Assembly (NCBI GenBank): GCA_015478665.1
Contig: JADMII010000001.1
Location: 183,537-247,536 of the forward strand
Reading direction: 5' to 3'
DNA from: Dehalococcoidia bacterium
GTDB taxonomy: Bacteria; Chloroflexota; Dehalococcoidia; DSTF01; JACRBR01
DNA: 64,000 nucleotides
This document shows, piece after piece, positions 29,738 through 38,146 of the stretch. The notes under the pieces were generated by a model. It saw only the letters and a list, made by a program, of their open reading frames with translations, was not told where the DNA came from and did not search any database. Within the stretch, counting starts at the first letter, position 1, and each line of letters starts with the position of its first letter. The position numbers and the translations under genes are program-made.

Positions 29738-30229
29738 ATGTTGCGTGATCTGGGGCTACTGCTGCTGCGGCTGACGGCGGGCACGGTTCTTGTGGGACAC
29801 GGCTACACGAAGCTCTTCGGCGGGCAGGGGAAGCACGCGCCGGAGTTCCTCGAGGGAGTCTACGGTCCGAACTTTCCGTCGGCCGTCGAGCAGTCCGGGC
29901 CGATGGCGTTCGGTAAGGCGCTGGAGGAGATGCACGTCCCCGCCCCGGCGCTCGCCGCCTACGCCTCCGGCTTGGCGGAGTTCGCTGGCGGCATCGCCTT
30001 TGTGCTGGGCCTGAAGACGCGGCGGGCGGCGCCTTTCGTCCTGTTCAACCTGGCCACCGCGATCCGCAAGGTGCACTGGCAGAAGGGCCTCTACGGCGAG
30101 GGCGGCTTCGAGTTCCCGCTGCTGCTGGCGGCCGCCGCCGGCACGCTGCTGCTGACCGGGCCGGGCGCCTTCTCCCTCGATGCCGTGAACCACGCCGCCG
30201 GGCACATCCGCGCCGGCGGCGACGACTGA
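29738..30229 (+). CDS. DoxX family membrane protein
   Basis: LLLRLTAGTVLVGHGYTKLFGG typical DoxX N-terminus. 4 TM segments. Confidence 0.7.
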   Translation: MLRDLGLLLLRLTAGTVLVGHGYTKLFGGQGKHAPEFLEGVYGPNFPSAVEQSGPMAFGKALEEMHVPAPALAAYASGLAEFAGGIAFVLGLKTRRAAPFVLFNLATAIRKVHWQKGLYGEGGFEFPLLLAAAAGTLLLTGPGAFSLDAVNHAAGHIRAGGDD

Positions 30230-30526
30230 CGGCCACCGGGCTGTTCGCTCCACCTTCTCGGCGCGACCGCGACGCCTCCCGGCGCAGCTCGGGCGGCCAC
30301 GCTCGGCCCCGATGCTGCGGCTGCGGGCGCCGGCAGGCGAGTGCCGCTCGCCAGCGCCGGCACCCTACGTTCGTTTTGCTATACGCGCGTTCACTCCGCC
30401 ACCACTTCGGCATGAGGCTGTGGCCTCGATTCACGTAGGCTCCAGGGGGGATACAGAACCATCCGCGGCCGGGTTCCACGCAGCTTGCGCCGGCGCTCCG
30501 ACGCGCGGACAGGGACGCGCACGCCG

Positions 30527-31924
30527 ATGCCCACACAGCAAGAGTGGATGCTCCGCATCTCGTCGCTGGTCGGCGAGAAGACGCTCTTCAAGAACGCCTC
30601 CTACCGCCGCTTCTGGCTGTCTGAGCAGTTCGCGAGCACGGGCGTCGCCGCGCTCGTCTACACGATGTTCCTCGAGATCCAACGGTCGACGGGGAGCACG
30701 TTCTTCGGCAGCCTCTTCGCAGCCGTCTACATCGGGCCCGCCGCCCTGCTGGTGACGGTGTCGGGCGCGATCACCGACCAGCTGCCGAAGCGCGAGGTGA
30801 TGTTCGCTTCGTACCTCGCCTGGGCGCTCCTCGCCGTCGGATTCGCGCTCTTCACGGACCGGCTTTACGCGATCTACCTGATCGCCATCCTGTTCGCGAT
30901 CGTCTCGCAGATCAAGGGCGCGGCCAGCTCGTCGGCGCGGCCGCTGCTCGTGCCGCAGGAGAAGCTGGACCGGGCGAGCGCACTCGGGCAGTTGGGCGGC
31001 ATCATCGCGCAGGCGATCGGCGTGCTCATCCTGCCGTTCGTGTTTCTGACGACGCTCGGCGCATCGGCGCTGGCGGCGTTCTGCGTGCCGCTGTTCGTCG
31101 CGGCGGCGCTCGAGGTGTCGCGGATCAGGAAGATCGGCGGCAAGATGGAAAGCGCGCGCACGGTGCTGTCCGGGAGTCGGGCTCACTTCATGGCGGGCTG
31201 GCGCTACCTGGAGTCAGACCAGCTCTCGTACCTGTCCGTCTGGATCTACGTGCTGACGAGTGTCGCCTCCTACGTCGTGATCACGCTGGTGCCGCGCTAT
31301 ACCAGCGCCGTGCTCGCCCTGCGGCCGGAGATCGGCGTCTTCATCGTCGTGCCGGCGGTGATCGGAGTATGGGGAGCCCTGCGCTTCGACCACATCGTGA
31401 TCGAGCGGGTCTCGGCGCTGCCGGCGATGGTCTTCGCGTTAGCCGCGCTCGTGGCCGGCGTGCTCCTGCTGGGGTTCGTGCCGTGGCTCGCCGCCGGCAT
31501 CGGCGAACTCGGCGCGCCGCTCGGCGCGGACACGCTGAAGATCGTCGTGACGATGCTGCTCGCGGTCGCGATCGGCTTCAGCTACATGTTCCTCAACGTC
31601 GCGGACAACGCGATCATCAACGCCCGCATCCCGCGCGAGATGCAGGGACGGGTATTCAGCGGTCAGAGCGTGTTCAGCAATCTGGCGTCGGTGCCGCCGA
31701 TCCTGCTCGCCGGCATCGGCGCCGACGTGATCGGCGTCGCGCCGGTGCTCGTGATCACGGGCGCGGTCTGCGGTGGCGCCGGCATCTACGTCTTCGCACG
31801 GCACGGCGTCCGACAGGCGCTCGCGCGCGGGCGCCGTGGTGCAGAGCCTCCGCCGCGCGATGTCCCGGAGCAAACGGCGCCGACGCCGCAGCAGCAGGTC
31901 GGGCCGGTCGACGAGCCACGCTAG
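30527..31924 (+). CDS. MFS transporter
   Basis: About 12 predicted TM helices, the RFWLSEQFASTGVA...MFLEI N-terminal MFS pattern and a Pro-rich cytosolic tail. Confidence 0.7.
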   Translation: MPTQQEWMLRISSLVGEKTLFKNASYRRFWLSEQFASTGVAALVYTMFLEIQRSTGSTFFGSLFAAVYIGPAALLVTVSGAITDQLPKREVMFASYLAWALLAVGFALFTDRLYAIYLIAILFAIVSQIKGAASSSARPLLVPQEKLDRASALGQLGGIIAQAIGVLILPFVFLTTLGASALAAFCVPLFVAAALEVSRIRKIGGKMESARTVLSGSRAHFMAGWRYLESDQLSYLSVWIYVLTSVASYVVITLVPRYTSAVLALRPEIGVFIVVPAVIGVWGALRFDHIVIERVSALPAMVFALAALVAGVLLLGFVPWLAAGIGELGAPLGADTLKIVVTMLLAVAIGFSYMFLNVADNAIINARIPREMQGRVFSGQSVFSNLASVPPILLAGIGADVIGVAPVLVITGAVCGGAGIYVFARHGVRQALARGRRGAEPPPRDVPEQTAPTPQQQVGPVDEPR

Positions 31925-31962
31925 TGTAGGCGACCTCTGGCGCCGGCCGGAGGCCGCCGCGC

Positions 31963-33147
31963 ATGCGGCAGCGGCTCCGCTACGATGCAGCGATGGCTCC
32001 GGTGTCCGACGACGAATTCGCCCCCATGACCGAGAGCGGGCCGCTCGTGGCGGAGCTGCGCCGGCGCATCGCCGCCGGGCCGCTGACGTTCCGCGACTTC
32101 ATGGAGGCCGCACTCTACGACCCGCGCTTCGGCTACTACGCGACGCACGCCGAGGCGATGACGCGCGGCGGCGACTACGTCACCAGCCCGGAGGTGCATC
32201 CGGTCTTTGGCGCGCTGGTGGCGAAACAGCTGATCGAGCTGTGGCGGGCGCTCGGCGCGCCCGCCCGGTTCGACGTCGTCGAGCTCGGCGCCGGTGGCGG
32301 GCTGCTGGCACGCGACGTCATCGCCCGGATCGCGCGCGAGCGCGAGTGCGCGGCGGCGCTCCGCTACCGGATCGTCGAACGGAGCGGCGCGCTGGTCGGC
32401 CGCCAGCGCCGGACGCTCGATGAGATCGGACACGCCGCCGACGTCGGCTGGTGCGAGGACCTGCCGGAGGGCATCGAAGGATGCGTGCTGTCAAACGAAT
32501 TCTTCGACGCGCTTCCGGTGCATCGGGTGCGGCGCGACGGCGACCGGCTGCGCGAGGTGTACGTCGCGCGCGAGGCCGATCGCTTCGCCGATGCGCTGGG
32601 CGAGCCGTCGACGCCGGCGCTCGCGGCATACTTCGACGCACTCGGCGTGCAGCCGGGAGACGGCTGCCTCGCCGAGGTGAACATCGACGCGGCGCGCTGG
32701 ACGGAGCGGATCGCCGCATCGCTCATCCGCGGCGGCGTCCTCACGTTCGACTACGGCTACGAGGCGCCCGACCTCTACGCGCCCTGGCGCGGGGACGGCA
32801 CGCTGCTCTGCTTCTACCGCCAGTCCGTCTCCAGCGACCCGTACGTCCGCATCGGCCGGCAGGACATCACGTCGAGCGTCGACTTCACGACGCTGCGGGC
32901 GACCGGTGAGCGCGCGGGGCTGCTCGCCGCGGGCGAGACGGACCAGGCGGAGTTCCTCGTGCGCATGGGCATCGGCGCCGGGCTGGCGGCGGTGGCGCAG
33001 GAGCGCCCGCAGCTCGAAGAGTACTTCGCACGCCGGAACGCCGTCCTCGACCTCATCGACCCCGGGAAGCTCGGCCGCGTCCGCGTGCTGCTCCAGACGC
33101 GGGGGATCGCCGCCGGTGCGCGGTTGAGCGGGTTCGCGGGGTCCTGA
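31963..33147 (+). CDS. Class I SAM-dependent methyltransferase, MidA/NDUFAF7 (DUF185) family
   Basis: FRDFMEAALYDPRFGYYA plus VELGAGGGLLARD (SAM motif I). GGAGG lies 10 nt upstream of the ATG at 31963. Confidence 0.65.
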   Translation: MRQRLRYDAAMAPVSDDEFAPMTESGPLVAELRRRIAAGPLTFRDFMEAALYDPRFGYYATHAEAMTRGGDYVTSPEVHPVFGALVAKQLIELWRALGAPARFDVVELGAGGGLLARDVIARIARERECAAALRYRIVERSGALVGRQRRTLDEIGHAADVGWCEDLPEGIEGCVLSNEFFDALPVHRVRRDGDRLREVYVAREADRFADALGEPSTPALAAYFDALGVQPGDGCLAEVNIDAARWTERIAASLIRGGVLTFDYGYEAPDLYAPWRGDGTLLCFYRQSVSSDPYVRIGRQDITSSVDFTTLRATGERAGLLAAGETDQAEFLVRMGIGAGLAAVAQERPQLEEYFARRNAVLDLIDPGKLGRVRVLLQTRGIAAGARLSGFAGS

Positions 33148-33368
33148 CGGCAGGCCACCGGGCGCCAACGCCCGGCGCGTCCGTCCGTCGTCGGTCGTGC
33201 ACGATTCCAGGCGTAGACCGCTACCGTAGGGTCAACGCGGGCCGTTAGAATGATGCCGTCACGGCCGACGCCACGACGAGCCGGAGAAACCTTGATGCGC
33301 TTCACCCCGCACGCGTACCGCAGAACCGCCGGCCGCGCGAACAGCTCGAGCGATGGGCGCCGCCGATC

Positions 33369-33866
33369 ATGAGCGACGAAGAGGTTCAGGTTCGCCCGAT
33401 CGACTTTGTGCGCGACGAGCAGCCGCTCAAGACGCTCCTGAACGACCGGGACAAGATGCGCCTCGAGCACGCCGAGCCCGCGCTCAACGACGGCGACTGC
33501 TTCATCTACGTTGCGGCGGAGCGCGGCGTGCCGGTGGGCTGGGCGATCGTCCACCTGAACTATCGCGACGATCAGGACTGGGAGCCGGACGAGGACGGGC
33601 GCGCCTACCAGTCCGGCGACAACGCCTACCTCGAGAATATCGAGGTGACGGCGCGCTTCCGCAGCCAGGGCCTGGGAGCGAAGCTGATCACCGCCGTCGA
33701 GGATGAGGCGCGCCGACGCGGGAAGCGCAACCTCTGGCTGCACACGAGCGAGAACAACTTCAAAGCGCACCAACTCTTCGAACGGCAGGGTTGGCAGCAC
33801 GAGACGAGTGTGTACCCGGCGTGGAAGCCGGGCGCCCGCATGCGGGTGTACAAGAAGACGCTGTAG
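33369..33866 (+). CDS. GNAT family N-acetyltransferase
   Basis: YLENIEVTARFRSQGLGAKLITAVEDEARRRG (motif A, Q/RxxGxG/A). 165 aa. Confidence 0.7.
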   Translation: MSDEEVQVRPIDFVRDEQPLKTLLNDRDKMRLEHAEPALNDGDCFIYVAAERGVPVGWAIVHLNYRDDQDWEPDEDGRAYQSGDNAYLENIEVTARFRSQGLGAKLITAVEDEARRRGKRNLWLHTSENNFKAHQLFERQGWQHETSVYPAWKPGARMRVYKKTL

Positions 33867-33876
33867 GAGGGCCACC

Positions 33877-34086
33877 GTGCGCAAGACGTTCGTCCGCGCG
33901 CTGCTCGTCAGCGCAGCCGTGCAGTTCACGATCACGCGACACTTCGCCGGCACCATCGTCGAGGAAGGGCGGGCCGAGCGGATGTGGCTGCTGTACCCGC
34001 TCAACGTCGTGCTCAACGCGCTCGCCTGGACGCTGATGCTGACGGCGACCGGCCGGGCGCTGCGCTTCGTGCGCCGGGCCGGGTGA
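33877..34086 (+). CDS. hypothetical small membrane protein (69 aa)
   Basis: The GTG at 33877 is preceded by GGAGG. Two hydrophobic segments. Its stop overlaps the PhzF start (GTGA). Confidence 0.35.
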   Translation: MRKTFVRALLVSAAVQFTITRHFAGTIVEEGRAERMWLLYPLNVVLNALAWTLMLTATGRALRFVRRAG

Positions 34087-34949
34087 GCATCCACCGCATC
34101 CGGCACGTCGACGCCTTCACGTCGACGCCGCTCACCGGCAACCCGGCCGCCGTCATCGATGGCGCTGGCATCGATGAGACGCTGCTCCAGCCGATCGCGC
34201 GCAATCAGAACCTGTCCGAGACCGTCTTCCTGCTGCCGCCCGAAGATGCGGCGGACGACGCCCGCGTGCGCATCTTCACGCCGCGCTCGGAGCTGCCGTT
34301 CGCCGGCCACCCGATCATCGCCGCGGCGCACATCGTCATCGAAGAGCAGCTCGCGTCGCCCGCGCGCGGAGCACCGCTGCGCATCGAGACCGGCGTCGGC
34401 GTGATCCCGGTCGCCGTCGACGACGCCGCGTCGCGGTATACGATGACGCAGCCGCGGCCGCAGTTTCGCGAGGCGAGCACGGCCGCCGGGACGGTCGCCG
34501 CGGCGATCGGCTTGCGGACCGCGGAGATCGCGCGCGTGGTCGAGGTGTCGACGGGCATCTGGTGGCTGGTGGCGCAGGCGGCATCGCTGGAGGCGATGCG
34601 GCGCGTGCGCCCGGACGTCGGCCTGCTGCGCTCGCTCCAGGTCGCCATCTTCTGCATCGGCGCCGAGTCGGCCGAGGCGGATGTGCACGTGCGTGTCTTC
34701 GCGCTGCCTCAGGGGATCAGCGAAGACCCGGTGACCGGCAGCGCCAACGGCTGCATCGGCGCCCTCATCGCGCGCGATGCGCTGCTCGACCGGCGCGACG
34801 GCGCGCTGCGATACGTCGCCGAGCAGGGGATCGAGCTCGGTCAGCCCGGCCGCGTGTGCGTCTGCGTGCGTGACAGCGGCGACCAGATGTCGGTGGAGGT
34901 GGGCGGCGAGGCGGTGACGGTGCTGCGCGGCGAGCTGACGCTGGCATGA
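34083..34949 (+). CDS. PhzF family phenazine-biosynthesis-like isomerase
   Basis: HRIRHVDAFTSTPLTGNPAAV... and PFAGHPIIAAAH, a typical PhzF/DAP-epimerase-like fold signature. Confidence 0.75.
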   Translation: MSIHRIRHVDAFTSTPLTGNPAAVIDGAGIDETLLQPIARNQNLSETVFLLPPEDAADDARVRIFTPRSELPFAGHPIIAAAHIVIEEQLASPARGAPLRIETGVGVIPVAVDDAASRYTMTQPRPQFREASTAAGTVAAAIGLRTAEIARVVEVSTGIWWLVAQAASLEAMRRVRPDVGLLRSLQVAIFCIGAESAEADVHVRVFALPQGISEDPVTGSANGCIGALIARDALLDRRDGALRYVAEQGIELGQPGRVCVCVRDSGDQMSVEVGGEAVTVLRGELTLA

Positions 34950-35467
34950 GCGTCGCCGGCATCCTGCTGGCGGCGGCCGCGATCGAGCGCGACGGCGAGC
35001 CGCTGGCGTTGCAGGCGTGGGACGACGACGAGACGCTGGCCGAATGGCAGGCGCGCCAGCTGCTCGAGGCGGGAGCGGCGGCGGTCGAGGTCGTGGTCGG
35101 CTTCGAGGCCGACCGCATCATTCCGGTGCTCGCACGTGACGACGTCGAGCCGATCGTGCACGCCGCCTGGCTGGACGACGTCGCCGGCGCCGTGCGTATC
35201 GGCGCGGCAGCGGTGCCGCGCGGCACCGACGCGGCGATCATCGTCGACCTGGCGACGCCGCGCGATGCGGCCGCCTGCGCTCTGGTGCTCGAAGCGCACA
35301 TCACCGGCGGCGCGGCGATCACGCGCGCGCGTGACGCCGGCGTGCCCGGCTGGCCGGTCGTCGTCGATGCCGCCGTGCTGGCGGAGCTGCGGAACGCTAC
35401 CGACGAGGCCGGCGGTCTCGAGGCGGTGCTCAGGCGGCACGCCGGCCAGACGCGCTTCGTCGGGTAG
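34946..35467 (+). CDS. MobA/MocA-like NTP-transferase-fold protein with degenerate nucleotide-binding loop
   Basis: N-terminus MSVAGILLAAAAIERDGEPLAL resembles the MobA-like LAAGxSxRMG loop, but the Gly/Ser residues are replaced. Short (173 aa). ATGA overlap with the PhzF gene. Confidence 0.4.
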   Translation: MSVAGILLAAAAIERDGEPLALQAWDDDETLAEWQARQLLEAGAAAVEVVVGFEADRIIPVLARDDVEPIVHAAWLDDVAGAVRIGAAAVPRGTDAAIIVDLATPRDAAACALVLEAHITGGAAITRARDAGVPGWPVVVDAAVLAELRNATDEAGGLEAVLRRHAGQTRFVG

Positions 35468-35534
35468 CGCAGCGATGTGCGACCCGCTTCTCCCGCGACC
35501 GCACGCTCGCGATGCGCGTCGACGGGGCCGAGCG

Positions 35535-36722
35535 CTACGCAGACACCGGCTCGCGCTCGGGCAGCAGGCGCTGGAAGAGCTCGTTGCTGAGCAGGCGGCC
35601 GCGTCGCGTCAGGCGAAGGTGCGACGCCGTCTCCTCGAGCAGCCCGTAGCCGACGAACTCGTCGACGATCGCCCCGTACACATCGCGTACGTCACGGCCG
35701 TAGCGCCTGCGGAACGCGCCGCGGTCGATGCCCTCGACGAGCCGCAAGCCGAGGATCAGCTCGTCGGCGATCGCCAGCTCCGGCGTGATCTGCTCGGCGC
35801 CGGCGACCTGCCGCATCGGGCCGGAGCCGTCGGCGATGCCGGCGGCCGATGCGTCGACGAGCTCGGCATAGCGGTTCGGCAGGAGGACGGTCGAGAATCG
35901 CACGCCGTGAAGGTGCGAGTGGGCGCCCGCGCCGAGCCCGAGGTACTCGCCGTTCCGCCAGTAGATCAGGTTGTGCGCGCAGCGGCGACCCGGGCGCGCC
36001 CAGTTCGAGATCTCATAGTGCTCGTAGCCGGCGGCGGCGAGGCGGTCCTGCGTCCACTCATAGTGCTCAGCCTGCACGTCCGGGTCGGGCGACGCCACCC
36101 GGCCGCGGGCGATATCGCGGGCGAGGGGCGTCCCCTCTTCGACGGTGAGGGCGTACAGCGACAGATGCTCCGGCGCCAACGCGAGCGCCTCTTCGAGCGT
36201 GCGCCGCCAGGCGGCGAGCGGCTGCTCCGGCAGGCCGTAGATGAAGTCCAGGTTGACGTTGTCGAACCGCGCCTCCCGTGCCGAAGCGAACGCCGCCCGC
36301 GCGTCGGCCGCCGTGTGGATGCGGTCGAGCGCGACGAGCTCCTCGTCGTCGAAGGACTGGACGCCGATCGAGATGCGGTTGAACCCGATCTCGCGCAGGC
36401 CGCGAAGGTAGTCGACGCTCAGGCTGCCGGGGTTGGCTTCGAGCGAGATCTCGGCATCGGGGCTGACCACGAACGTCGATCGGACCCCGTCGATGATCGT
36501 ACGCATCTCGGCCACGGGATTGAGGCTCGGCGTGCCGCCACCGAAGAAGACCGTCGCGACGGGGCGCGTGCCGACGGTCTGCCGCCAGAGCTGCGCTTCC
36601 TTGAGCAGGGTCTCCGCGTACGACGGGATCAGGTGCTCGTGGTTGGCGTAGGAATTGAAGTCGCAGTAGCCGCACTTCGCCGTGCAGAACGGGATGTGCA
36701 GGTAGAGGCCGATGCCGCTCAT
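35535..36722 (-). CDS. hemW: Radical SAM heme chaperone HemW (coproporphyrinogen III oxidase-like)
   Basis: CxxxCxxC radical SAM motif (HIPFCTAKCGYCDFNS) and a HemN_C-like C-terminus. 395 aa. Confidence 0.8.
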   Translation of the reverse strand: MSGIGLYLHIPFCTAKCGYCDFNSYANHEHLIPSYAETLLKEAQLWRQTVGTRPVATVFFGGGTPSLNPVAEMRTIIDGVRSTFVVSPDAEISLEANPGSLSVDYLRGLREIGFNRISIGVQSFDDEELVALDRIHTAADARAAFASAREARFDNVNLDFIYGLPEQPLAAWRRTLEEALALAPEHLSLYALTVEEGTPLARDIARGRVASPDPDVQAEHYEWTQDRLAAAGYEHYEISNWARPGRRCAHNLIYWRNGEYLGLGAGAHSHLHGVRFSTVLLPNRYAELVDASAAGIADGSGPMRQVAGAEQITPELAIADELILGLRLVEGIDRGAFRRRYGRDVRDVYGAIVDEFVGYGLLEETASHLRLTRRGRLLSNELFQRLLPEREPVSA

Positions 36723-36889
36723 ACGTCGATCGTAGCAGGCAGGCGACACGCGCGACACCGCCTCTGGCCGTCGTGCGCGGTTCGGGCCGGCGCGCCGGCG
36801 GTTGGACGGTCGCGGATGGAAGGTGGAGGCGGCGCGAACGCCTTGGCGTCGAGGCGACTGCGCCGGCGAGGATCGCCCTGCGCCGATGT

Positions 36890-37792
36890 TCACCTGGTGA
36901 CGCCGCCGAGCCAGCCGACAGCGAGGACGGCCGACGCGATGCCGAGCAGGCCGAAGCCGAGCTGGAGCGCGAAGGCGCCCCGACGGACGCGGTAGGCGGC
37001 GATGCTTGCCAGCAGGCACAGCGCCGCGACGCCGGCCGCCGGCGCGTACCAGCGTCCGTCGTACGAAACGAGCGGCGCCTGCGCGCCACTGATGGCGAGC
37101 GCGGCGGCGAAGGACGCCCAGCCGAGCAGCATCGACCGGCGAGCGCCCAGGCGGTGGGCGAGGCCGCGCACCCCGTGCGCCGCATCGCCGTCGATATCGG
37201 CGACCGTGTTCTGAAGGTGCAGCGCGACGCCGATGAGGGCGCCGATCGGCAGCAACCACCAGAGCGCCGCGCGCCAGACGCCCAGCGTCGCCCAGACCCA
37301 GAGCGGCAGCGTCGGGATCGCGATCATGTACGGGACGACGCTGAACATCGTGCGCTTGAGCCGCGCGTCGTAGGCGAGCCCGCAGGCGAGGCCGAGAAGC
37401 GCCAGCAGGAGGCCGGCGGTGCCGAGCGTCGCCGCGAGCGCCACCGTCGCCGCGAACAGCACGAGCGCGAGCGCGACGGCCACGCGTGGCGAGACGAGTC
37501 CGGACGCGACGGGCTTCCACGGCTTCGTCGCCGCATCGAGCGTGCGGTCGTAGTAGTCGTTGACGACGCCGATCGTCGCCTGGGCGCAGAACATCATCGC
37601 CAGCATGCGGGCGAGCAGGCCGGCAGGCGGCATGCCGCGCGTCGCCACGAAGGCGAGGCCGGCGACCGCCGCCACGTTGAGCAGCGTCGGAAACGGGTGG
37701 ATCACGCGGACGACGCGCAGCACGCGGTGGGCGCGGCCGGGGGCCGGCAGGCCGGGCAGTGGTTGCGGCAGCGGGATGGCGTTCGAACCCAC
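36890..37792 (-). CDS. UbiA family prenyltransferase
   Basis: NDYYDRTLD Asp-rich motif and about 8 TM helices. 300 aa. Confidence 0.7.
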   Translation of the reverse strand: MGSNAIPLPQPLPGLPAPGRAHRVLRVVRVIHPFPTLLNVAAVAGLAFVATRGMPPAGLLARMLAMMFCAQATIGVVNDYYDRTLDAATKPWKPVASGLVSPRVAVALALVLFAATVALAATLGTAGLLLALLGLACGLAYDARLKRTMFSVVPYMIAIPTLPLWVWATLGVWRAALWWLLPIGALIGVALHLQNTVADIDGDAAHGVRGLAHRLGARRSMLLGWASFAAALAISGAQAPLVSYDGRWYAPAAGVAALCLLASIAAYRVRRGAFALQLGFGLLGIASAVLAVGWLGGVTR

Positions 37793-38146
37793 GTCGATCC
37801 TCCGTGCGGCTTCGCCTGATCATACTCCGCGCGACCCCGCCCGGATGCGTGCACCCGCCAGCGCGCGTCGCCCGAAGCCGATGTCAGTACCGATCCGCGC
37901 CCTTCGGCGGCGAAGAGCACCGCAGATCGACGATCGCGCACCGCGCCGCGAGGGGCTTGCGACGACCGGGATGCCGCAGACGTCGGACGCTGCGCCGGGA
38001 GCAGCGATGAGGGTCGATCGCGCGCCGCGCCGCGTAGCCTCACCTCCCCGCTCTCACGCCGCACTCTCACGGTCAGCGCCTCCATCCGCACCATGTTGCG
38101 CCAACTGCGTGATCGACCCTCGTGCACACGCCCGCTACACTGCGTC

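Noticed and set aside
35535-37823. 762-aa minus-strand ORF apparently fusing HemW with an upstream Arg-rich region
   Set aside because: Only the C-terminal 395 aa (from MSGIGLYLHIPFC) match HemW. The upstream 360 aa are low-complexity RRRR/PRPR text, and the UbiA gene occupies that DNA in another frame with a clean family signature.
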